Source: Psychrobacter sp. DM4
Lineage (GTDB): Bacteria; Pseudomonadota; Gammaproteobacteria; Pseudomonadales; Moraxellaceae
Length of the DNA: 32,000 nucleotides
Assembly (NCBI RefSeq): GCF_051307035.1
Contig: NZ_CP195536.1
Coordinates: 2,160,001 to 2,192,000, forward strand
Direction: 5' to 3'
Below, piece after piece: positions 1 to 7,205 of this stretch. The stretch's first letter is position 1. Each line of letters begins with the position of its first letter. Made by a program: the position numbers and the translations under genes. Below the pieces are notes generated by a model. The model saw nothing but the letters and a program-made list of their open reading frames with translations. It had not been told where the DNA came from and did not search any database.

Positions 1-140
1 CCTTAAAGTATTTTAAGGCAATTAAATAGTTTTGTAGCTGCTATTTTGGCGTAGCGAGTGTTTGATTATCTTACCGAGATTCTACTCATGTCAACTCCGC
101 CTACTCTTATCAACTCCATCTGTGCACTAAACTCAATCGA

Positions 141-157
141 CTTAACGCCTTCTTAAC
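141..157 (+). promoter_or_regulatory. PmrA-box-like direct repeat (CTTAAC-N5-CTTAAC) upstream of eptA
   Basis: The sequence cttaac-gcctt-cttaac is a hexamer direct repeat with an 11-bp period. It matches the YTTAAK-N5-YTTAAK / HTTAAD-N5-HTTAAD site type described for PmrA (BasR). A -10-like TATGTT lies at 169-174, exactly 11 bp after the box, the same geometry as at 4119-4135. The box ends 59 bp before ATG 216. Confidence 0.6.
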
Positions 158-215
158 AAGCAGCTTGCTATGTTGTAGTGATACTCCTCGCATACTCCGG
201 TTAAGAAGTCGCGCT

Positions 216-1907
216 ATGTCATTATCTCAAACCGCTAATATCGCCGCGCCCAAAACTAACAAAGAACGTCGCTACCTCGATACACTCTATCGTTTTGAGC
301 TGAATCCAAACGCTCTTATCATTATTGTCGCGCTATTTTTGGTTGTTACCGCTAATGTCAGCTTTTTTTCGCAAGTGCTAAGCATTTATCCTTTTAGCAC
401 CAATATTGGCTTTATAGTATCTATCACAGGACTATTATTTAGTCTGATGTGGCTACTCTTTCAGTTGTTATGCTACCGACCTACTACCAAGCCCGTACTC
501 ATCACCATGGTTATGATAGGCGCCGTATGTAGTTATTTCACTGATGCTTACGGTACCGTGTTCGATACTAATATGCTGATCAACAGTATGCAAACCGATC
601 AAGCAGAAGCCATGGGGTTGATGTCGCCAAGCTTCTTTATTCGGGTGTTTTTGCTGGGTGTTATACCCGCAATTATTATTGCCACATTGAATATCAAGCG
701 CGTACCTTTACGCCGAGCATTGTGGCAAAGAGCAGTTACTCTGATTTTAGCTATTGCTTTGATAGCGTTATGTTTACTACCCTTTGGGGATCAATATGCT
801 ACTTTTTTTCGTCAGCACAAAGTCGTCCGCAGTTATGCCAATCCTATCACCCCTATCTATTCTGTTATCAAACTAGGTACTGATTATGTTGAGGAGCTAC
901 GTCGACCTGATACTTTGACCCTACATGCAACCGATGCCAAACGTAGCGCCACTATCAGTGATAAAACAAAACCTAAACTCATGGTATTTGTGGTTGGTGA
1001 AACAGTTCGCGCCGATCATGTTGGTCTCAACGGCTATGAGCGCAACACTATGCCGCTTCTAGCAAGCCAATCAGATGTATACAGCTTTAAAAACGCCACC
1101 TCTTGCGGAACTTCTACTGCTTACTCCGTTCCTTGTATGTTCAGCTACGCTAATAGAGAACATTATGACAACAACACTTCAGACTATAATGAAAATGTCC
1201 TAGACACGCTACACAAGCAAGGCGTCAATGTGGTTTGGCGCGATAATAATTCAAGCGCCAAAGGGGTGGCAGATCGAGTTACCTTTGAGGACTACAAAAC
1301 GACAGATGTCAATCCAAATTGCGATGAGGAGTGTCGTGATATTGGGATGCTTGACGGTTTTGATAAGCTAGTTAGAGCAGACTCTCCTGCTAAAGACACG
1401 CTTATTTTATTACATCAGATGGGTAATCATGGTCCTGCTTATTACAAACGTTATCCAAAGGCGTTTGAGGAATACAAACCCGTCTGTATGACTAACGAGC
1501 TCTCTAAATGTGATGATCAGTCCGTCATCAACGCTTACGACAATGCTATCCGCTATACTGATTACTTCTTAAACAACGTGATTGATACGCTAAAAAAGTA
1601 TGAGTCCGATTATGATGTCGTAATGGTATACGTAAGCGACCATGGCGAGAGCTTGGGGGAGAACAATATCTACTTGCATGGGATGCCCTACGCTATAGCG
1701 CCCGATGCGCAAAAGCAGGTTCCCGTCATCGTTTGGTCGCCTACTGGCAACGGTATCAATACTAATAACAGAGATAAAGGTAGCCTTGCCAATATGATAA
1801 ATCAGCCTGTGTCACATGACTTTATTACCCCAACTTTACTGAAATTTTTTGGTATTACTACTGAAGAAGTAGCAGCAGCACCAACCTTTTTTGAATCTGT
1901 ATACTGA
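216..1907 (+). CDS. eptA: Lipid A phosphoethanolamine transferase (EptA/PmrC, MCR-like)
   Basis: About five N-terminal TM helices precede a sulfatase-type periplasmic domain. The motifs VVGETVRADH, TSCGTSTAYSVPCMFSY, HQMGNHGPAY and YVSDHGESLGEN match my recollection of the MCR-1/EptA catalytic-domain blocks. The ORF track starts at TTG 165. I prefer ATG 216 (MSLSQT...) because TTG 165 lies inside the predicted promoter. Confidence 0.9.
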   Translation: MSLSQTANIAAPKTNKERRYLDTLYRFELNPNALIIIVALFLVVTANVSFFSQVLSIYPFSTNIGFIVSITGLLFSLMWLLFQLLCYRPTTKPVLITMVMIGAVCSYFTDAYGTVFDTNMLINSMQTDQAEAMGLMSPSFFIRVFLLGVIPAIIIATLNIKRVPLRRALWQRAVTLILAIALIALCLLPFGDQYATFFRQHKVVRSYANPITPIYSVIKLGTDYVEELRRPDTLTLHATDAKRSATISDKTKPKLMVFVVGETVRADHVGLNGYERNTMPLLASQSDVYSFKNATSCGTSTAYSVPCMFSYANREHYDNNTSDYNENVLDTLHKQGVNVVWRDNNSSAKGVADRVTFEDYKTTDVNPNCDEECRDIGMLDGFDKLVRADSPAKDTLILLHQMGNHGPAYYKRYPKAFEEYKPVCMTNELSKCDDQSVINAYDNAIRYTDYFLNNVIDTLKKYESDYDVVMVYVSDHGESLGENNIYLHGMPYAIAPDAQKQVPVIVWSPTGNGINTNNRDKGSLANMINQPVSHDFITPTLLKFFGITTEEVAAAPTFFESVY

Positions 1908-1967
1908 GATTTTGAACCCAGACGCTACGACTATTCATGCACGAGACCCCTTATGCACAAGACCCCT

Positions 1968-2672
1968 ATGTACAAAATCCTTGTCATTGAAGATAATCCT
2001 GATATCGTCGCCAATATTTATGCTTTTTTTGAGCCCAAAGGTTTTGAGCTAGATAACGCTCATAATGGCATTAGCGGCCTGACGCTCGCCTCTAATAATC
2101 GTTATGACGTTATACTATTAGATGTGATGCTGCCGGGTATGAATGGCACCACTCTCTGTAAAAAGCTTCGAGAAGAATTACATGATAAAACACCCGTACT
2201 CATGCTAACGGCTCGCGATACGATTTTGGATAAAGTATCAGGTTTTGATAGTGGTGCTGATGATTATTTGGTCAAGCCTTTTTCACTGGTTGAGTTAGAA
2301 TCCCGTATCAAGGCGCTTATACGTCGACATCAAGACGAGCATTTTGAGCATAGTATAACGGTCGGTCAGTTATCCCTAAATGCTAATGAGCACACGATTA
2401 CTAGAGAAGGTAAATCACTAAAGCTTACGCCAACAGGGTTTAAAATACTGAATACACTAATGAGTGCGACACCTCGAGTCGTCAGCAAGCATGAGCTTGA
2501 GGAAAAAGTATGGGGTGAGGATATTCCAAGTAGCGACGCATTGCGGACTCATATGCATAGCGTACGTGTACAAGTCGATAAGCCATTTGCTAGGCCTATG
2601 ATAATGACCATATCAGGCGTCGGTTATCAAATTATCAACCCAGAGCACTCTGAGCTGCACGGCGATTTATGA
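1968..2672 (+). CDS. pmrA: OmpR/PhoB-family response regulator (PmrA/BasR-like)
   Basis: The receiver domain shows MYKILVIEDN...DVILLDVMLPGMNG...LMLTA...KPF, and the C terminus is a winged helix (LTPTGFKIL...GVGYQI). The gene sits between eptA and a histidine kinase, as in Acinetobacter pmrCAB. The ORF track start is 1953; ATG 1968 gives the usual M-x-ILVIED N terminus. The symbol is inferred from context and the PmrA-type boxes. Confidence 0.85.
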   Translation: MYKILVIEDNPDIVANIYAFFEPKGFELDNAHNGISGLTLASNNRYDVILLDVMLPGMNGTTLCKKLREELHDKTPVLMLTARDTILDKVSGFDSGADDYLVKPFSLVELESRIKALIRRHQDEHFEHSITVGQLSLNANEHTITREGKSLKLTPTGFKILNTLMSATPRVVSKHELEEKVWGEDIPSSDALRTHMHSVRVQVDKPFARPMIMTISGVGYQIINPEHSELHGDL

Positions 2673-2703
2673 CTGACTTTACCCCTTTAAATAAGTAAAT
2701 ACT

Positions 2704-4068
2704 ATGTTCAATCTAGACGCTATAGCCAATAAATTTCGGCTATCCTACTTCTTGTTTGCCATACTCATATGCGTCACTTTCGTCAGTATTTTTATGTATG
2801 CTGAGGTGCGTATGGAGCGAGAACTGGTCAAAGCTCGATTATTACAACAGCTTGAGCTTAGTCAAAAAGAAAACCTTGAACAGCCTATTTATAGCGCTGA
2901 ACCTGGTATCAATATTTATCGTTATGATAATGCACCTGGTAATCTACAATTGTTAGCGACTGAAACCGTGCAAGAGATGCCAGTGACCTTCACAACTCAG
3001 GAAGGCGATATCAAAACAGAGCTACATTTTTTTCGTTATCAAAAAGACAAGCAAAACTATATTTTGACGTATTTAGAAGATGACGAGATGGTGATGGAAA
3101 ATTATCCTGTTTTGGCCATTTTTGAGCATTTAGAAGATATATTTGCCGATGCGTTGAAAGCGGCTGTGCTGCTTAGTTTACTTATCGCCGCGGTATTCTC
3201 TCAGCTGTCCTCTAGGCAGATTACTAAGCCTTTATTAGACTTGAAACAAGCGGTTGAGACCGATCATCAAAATTTAACCGAGCTGACTCATCTGCCATCA
3301 GAGGTAGGAGTATTAGCACGCGCTATTGACGATAAAAACCATAAGCTTGAGCAATACCTAAAACGCGAGCAACTATTTACAGGAGATGTTAGTCACGAAT
3401 TACGTACGCCTCTGACGATTATCATGGGCGCATCTGAAGTACTAGCGTCACAATTAGAACATGATCCTCGTTTGAGCGAATTTGCCAATCGCATCAGTCA
3501 CACGGCGAAAGAAACCTCGGAGATTATCAGTGCTTTGCTTCTACTCTCGCGCGCGCCTGAAAAACTAGATACTCCGCAAACCTCTATCAATAGCATTGCT
3601 ATAAGTGAAGTTGCGCGTCTAAAGTATTTACTGCGTCATAAGCGTGTTACTTGTATCGTAGTGGCTGAGCAAGAATACAGCGTATGCGTGCGACCTGAAC
3701 TGCTAAAGATGGCTCTTGGCAACCTCATAAAAAATGCTTTTCAGTACACGGACGAGGGCGAAGTCGTTGTTTCTATAGACGCTAAAAAAATAGTCATCAC
3801 TGATACCGGACTTGGCATTCCTGAGGATATGATGCCACTACTCTACGAAAGGTTTGAGCGTTTAGATCATAAACGTACAGGCGAGCAAACTGATAATGTA
3901 GTGTCAGACAGCTATTCTAGCTATAAGGTAGAAGGCACAGGCTTGAAGGTAGAAGGCACAGGCTTGGGTCTGAGCATTGTGCAGCGCATTATGACTCACA
4001 TGGACTGGCAGCTCACTCATCAAGCCCACGCTTCAGGGGGTAGTACCTTTAGTATTTATTATAAATGA
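2704..4068 (+). CDS. pmrB: Sensor histidine kinase (PmrB/BasS-like)
   Basis: There are two TM segments (FLFAILICVTFVSIF and AVLLSLLIAAVF). Kinase boxes present are the H-box SHELRTPL, N-box LIKNAFQY, G1 DTGLGI and G2 GTGLGLSIV. The gene starts 31 bp after the response regulator. A 21-bp in-frame tandem duplication sits at the G2 box (see findings). Confidence 0.88.
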   Translation: MFNLDAIANKFRLSYFLFAILICVTFVSIFMYAEVRMERELVKARLLQQLELSQKENLEQPIYSAEPGINIYRYDNAPGNLQLLATETVQEMPVTFTTQEGDIKTELHFFRYQKDKQNYILTYLEDDEMVMENYPVLAIFEHLEDIFADALKAAVLLSLLIAAVFSQLSSRQITKPLLDLKQAVETDHQNLTELTHLPSEVGVLARAIDDKNHKLEQYLKREQLFTGDVSHELRTPLTIIMGASEVLASQLEHDPRLSEFANRISHTAKETSEIISALLLLSRAPEKLDTPQTSINSIAISEVARLKYLLRHKRVTCIVVAEQEYSVCVRPELLKMALGNLIKNAFQYTDEGEVVVSIDAKKIVITDTGLGIPEDMMPLLYERFERLDHKRTGEQTDNVVSDSYSSYKVEGTGLKVEGTGLGLSIVQRIMTHMDWQLTHQAHASGGSTFSIYYK

Positions 4069-4118
4069 TCACTTATCTTGTCACCTGTCGCCATCATTCT
4101 CACTATCATTCCAATCCT

Positions 4119-4135
4119 CTTAACGCTTTCTTAAT
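4119..4135 (+). promoter_or_regulatory. PmrA-box-like direct repeat (CTTAAC-N5-CTTAAT) upstream of dgkA-pap2
   Basis: The sequence is cttaac-gcttt-cttaat. A good -10, TATACT, lies at 4147-4152, 11 bp after the box. ATG 4189 is about 37 bp further on. The flank atcctcttaa is shared with the box at 5536. Confidence 0.6.
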
Positions 4136-4188
4136 GCGCCCTGCTCTATACTAAAAACCTATCATATATACGCTATGAAGTCATCTAT

Positions 4189-4662
4189 ATGGACACGACC
4201 AAAGCCGTCACTTGCAATATCAGATCAATAGACACCTACTCTGAAAATAAAAAACCATCTGACACTTTGGTTGTACTCGATAGCTATGCCAGTAGTGTCA
4301 AAGGTCAAAAAGGCCTTTCTCGTATCCTCAAAGCCACAGGTTATTCTATCGATGGGTTTAGAGCCGCTTATAAATTTGAGGCGGCTTTTAGACAGGTTTT
4401 GTGGCTCAATCTTGTATTGTTCATCGTTATTGTAACCATGCCTTTTGATATCAGCACAAGCATGATGCTGATAATTGTCTCTTTTTTGTCCCTTATTGTT
4501 GAGCTATTCAATACCGCTATTGAGGCTTGCGTCGATCACACTTCAACAGATCAACATCCCCTCGCTAAAATAGCCAAAGATGTCGGCTCTGCTGCGCAGT
4601 TTTTAGCATTGTTACTGCTATTTATTTTATGGCTACTCGCCTTGTCGCCCTTTTTATTCTAA
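4189..4662 (+). CDS. dgkA: Diacylglycerol kinase (DgkA family)
   Basis: The block GLSRILKATGYSIDGFRAAYKFEAAFRQ and the motifs ELFNTAIEACVD and KDVGSAA match the E. coli DgkA pattern, and three TM helices are present. Using ATG 4189 gives about 40 extra N-terminal residues relative to classical DgkA. An internal TTG (codon L of TLVVL, near 4267) is a possible alternative start. Confidence 0.85.
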   Translation: MDTTKAVTCNIRSIDTYSENKKPSDTLVVLDSYASSVKGQKGLSRILKATGYSIDGFRAAYKFEAAFRQVLWLNLVLFIVIVTMPFDISTSMMLIIVSFLSLIVELFNTAIEACVDHTSTDQHPLAKIAKDVGSAAQFLALLLLFILWLLALSPFLF

Positions 4663-4709
4663 ATCAGGTCCAAATAAATCGTGAGCTACTATATCTGAGG
4701 TAGGGTTTG

Positions 4710-5540
4710 ATGACTATAGAGCGTAATTTAAAAAGGTGTCATTCGACCAATTGGGTCTGGCTCAAACTACTATGCTTGACCATTATTGCAACCTTAGTCT
4801 CTGAGCATAGTCAATTCGACATTCGTATCAGTGAGTTTTTCTATAGCAATGGTCAGTGGCTGATACAAAAGGGCGCGCAGCCTTACGCCTTTATCTTTTA
4901 CGATGGCCCTAAAGCGTTATTAATCTTGTCAGCTCTCTATTTATTAGTCATATTAGTTATCAGATACAGACAACCTTCAAATACGACCGCTATCACTGGT
5001 AACCGTAAGTTTTATAAATTGATGACTCGTCTGTCGGCTCGTGAAATAAGTTACGTACTAAGTATGCTAGTCGTAGTACCTTCTACTATTGCGCTATTAA
5101 AAGGCGTAACTCATGTAAGCTGTCCCAATCATTTAATAGCTTTTGGCGGTGATTTGCCCTATCTCAGTCTATGGCAAAACATGGTCGCAAGCACGCCAGC
5201 CAAGTGCTTCCCAGCCGCTCATGCCAGCGCAAGTTTTTCTTTATATGGGTTAGCTTTTTTGCCTGCTCTTTATGAGTATCGTTATCGAATATTTGAGATA
5301 GTGACCGTCTTAGGTTGGACAATGGGGCTCTATAAAATGCTCTTTGGCGATCATTTCTTTAGTCATACTTTAGTCTCAATGCTGCTATCACTGACGATTG
5401 CGTGTACGCTGGCTGCTATATTTTTCAAGGACAAATCTACTCATAAAGCTCTAAATAAAACATTGAGCCGTACAAAACGCTATAAAACGTCCGCTTTAAT
5501 AAAAACAATGACGCTGTCCAAAACAGACTCATCCTCTTAA
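4710..5540 (+). CDS. PAP2-superfamily membrane phosphatase (lipid phosphatase-like)
   Basis: This is a polytopic membrane protein with PAP2-like blocks: LKGVTHVSCP (KX6-CP instead of KX6RP), FPAAHAS (the PSGH position) and GDHFFSHTLVS (the C3 position). The ORF track begins at TTG 4707, with ATG at 4710. The family call is moderately confident; whether it is catalytically competent is uncertain. Confidence 0.7.
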   Translation: MTIERNLKRCHSTNWVWLKLLCLTIIATLVSEHSQFDIRISEFFYSNGQWLIQKGAQPYAFIFYDGPKALLILSALYLLVILVIRYRQPSNTTAITGNRKFYKLMTRLSAREISYVLSMLVVVPSTIALLKGVTHVSCPNHLIAFGGDLPYLSLWQNMVASTPAKCFPAAHASASFSLYGLAFLPALYEYRYRIFEIVTVLGWTMGLYKMLFGDHFFSHTLVSMLLSLTIACTLAAIFFKDKSTHKALNKTLSRTKRYKTSALIKTMTLSKTDSSS

Positions 5541-5552
5541 TACTTTCTTAAC
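5536..5552 (+). promoter_or_regulatory. PmrA-box-like direct repeat (CTTAAT-N5-CTTAAC) overlapping the pap2 stop codon
   Basis: The sequence is cttaat-acttt-cttaac, and the TAA stop of pap2 (5538-5540) lies inside the first hexamer. A further in-phase CTTAAA occurs at 5580-5585 (+33 bp). With the geometry seen at the other two boxes, the -10 position (5564-5569, TTACCT) is poor, so promoter function is uncertain. Confidence 0.45.
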
Positions 5553-5739
5553 GGCTTACAGACTTACCTCAAAATTCGCCTTAAAAGATAAGTGTGTTTT
5601 TGCCAAAAAAATACACTAAGCCATTGAAAAACAATGTATAAATAGACAATAATTAGTTGAAGCAGCTAGAAAATAGCTATCGTGTCAGCTCAAGTCATCA
5701 AGGATGAGTGACTCGTTTTGTGAGTTTGATAAGGATATT

Positions 5740-7140
5740 ATGAAGCCTCTTTTTATAATGATGTCAGCGCTGGTTGTCGGTTTGGTGTCCCATGCTGCGA
5801 TAGCAGACAGCATAAGTGTCCAAAAGACATTGCCCCCCAGAATAAGCCTACCCAACGTTAGCCCGATTAATAGCGATCTGGCTAATCGCGGTGCTTATGT
5901 GGCGCGGACTGCTGATTGCATGGCATGTCACCGTGAGAACTATAGCGGCGGCGTCCCTATTGAGACGCCTATTGGCAATATCTATTCAACCAATATTACC
6001 CCGTCCAAGATTTATGGTATCGGTAACTATACCGAAGCTGATCTGGCAAAAGCATTGCGTAAAGGTCGTGCCCCTAACCATCAAATTTATCCCGCCATGC
6101 CCTATCCCTCTTATCATGGTATGACCGATGCGGATATCAGTGCGCTGTTTGCTTACTTTCAAACTGTGCCGCCAGTAGAAAAAGCACCTGACAAAACCAC
6201 CAACTTACCTTTCCCGTTAAATATACGCAGTCTGATGCTGGCGTGGAATGTCATCAATGTGCCCTCCACCGAGAACCGCGTAGGTCTGACGCCTGTAGAG
6301 CAGCGCGGCGAATATCTAGTCAATAATTTAGAGCATTGCGGCACTTGTCATACCCCGCGCAACCTCACTCAAGGACTGGATAAAGATCGCTACCTCTCTG
6401 GCGCGCCGCTCGGTAAATGGTTTGCGCCCAACATCACCCCTGATAACGATACGGGCATTGGGCGCTGGAGCAAGGGTGATATCATCACCTATCTGCGTAC
6501 AGGCAAGCTCGATCAACGAGCCTATGCAGGCGGTCCGATGGCAGAAGCCGTCGCTCATAGCACCCGTTATCTCACTGATGACGATCTGATAGCGATGGCG
6601 AATTATCTAAAAGTCATCCCTGCTATCAAGACCGATAACTATCTAATACCTGTCAACATTGCGCGTTTGCCTACTCCAGTCAGCGACTCTATTACTTATG
6701 ATTTGTTAGAACAAAAAGACTATCTGGCCCAAGTGAAATCTAAGACGACTCCTGCTGCTAGTACTACTAGTAGCAATAGGAGTAAAAGCGCTAGTAACAG
6801 CAGCAATAGTAATAGTAGCAATTCGCCAAAGGGCTTATATCTGACTCATTGTGCTAGCTGCCACGGCGTCGATGGCTATGCTCAGCCTGATGCACGCTAT
6901 GCCGCTATCGTCGGTCTAAGTAGCATTCGCCGCGCCAAACCTGATGCGCTGATTGGCGTTATCGCCTTTGGAGCAAAAGGCGCGTTCAATACCGCACCCA
7001 AAATGCCAGGATTCAAAGAAGATTTGAGCTATGCGCAGATGGCAAGTATTACTAATTATGTACGCGTCACTTTTGGCGGTTTGCCAAGTAGTGATGTCAG
7101 TGCGGCTAAGGTCAAACGCGTCATTAAAGATAAAAGCTAA
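5740..7140 (+). CDS. Triheme cytochrome c subunit of the membrane-bound dehydrogenase type (AdhB / gluconate-2-DH cytochrome-like)
   Basis: Three CXXCH motifs are present (CMACH, CGTCH, CASCH). The blocks PIGNIYSTNITP and YPAMPYPSY are typical of AdhB-type cytochrome subunits. The signal peptide is MKPLFIMMSALVVGLVSHAAIA. ATG 5740 has an AAGGA Shine-Dalgarno 5 nt upstream, whereas the ORF-track start 5704 has none at usable spacing. Confidence 0.85.
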   Translation: MKPLFIMMSALVVGLVSHAAIADSISVQKTLPPRISLPNVSPINSDLANRGAYVARTADCMACHRENYSGGVPIETPIGNIYSTNITPSKIYGIGNYTEADLAKALRKGRAPNHQIYPAMPYPSYHGMTDADISALFAYFQTVPPVEKAPDKTTNLPFPLNIRSLMLAWNVINVPSTENRVGLTPVEQRGEYLVNNLEHCGTCHTPRNLTQGLDKDRYLSGAPLGKWFAPNITPDNDTGIGRWSKGDIITYLRTGKLDQRAYAGGPMAEAVAHSTRYLTDDDLIAMANYLKVIPAIKTDNYLIPVNIARLPTPVSDSITYDLLEQKDYLAQVKSKTTPAASTTSSNRSKSASNSSNSNSSNSPKGLYLTHCASCHGVDGYAQPDARYAAIVGLSSIRRAKPDALIGVIAFGAKGAFNTAPKMPGFKEDLSYAQMASITNYVRVTFGGLPSSDVSAAKVKRVIKDKS

Positions 7141-7205
7141 GTCATTAACCCTAACAACAAAACTACTCGACCATCATAAATACTGAGCACGATAAGGATA
7201 ATGAG

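Noticed and set aside
2-17. Inverted repeat CCTTAAA-GTAT-TTTAAGG at the window edge, containing CTTAA on both strands.
   Set aside because: The arrangement is inverted rather than the direct repeat expected for an OmpR-family site. It is only 7 bp, it is truncated by the window edge, and no U-tract supports a terminator.
165-215. TTG start codon at 165 for eptA, as given in the ORF track.
   Set aside because: It lies 8 bp after the PmrA-type box and overlaps the predicted -10 (169-174), so it is probably upstream of the transcript start. ATG 216 gives a normal EptA N terminus.
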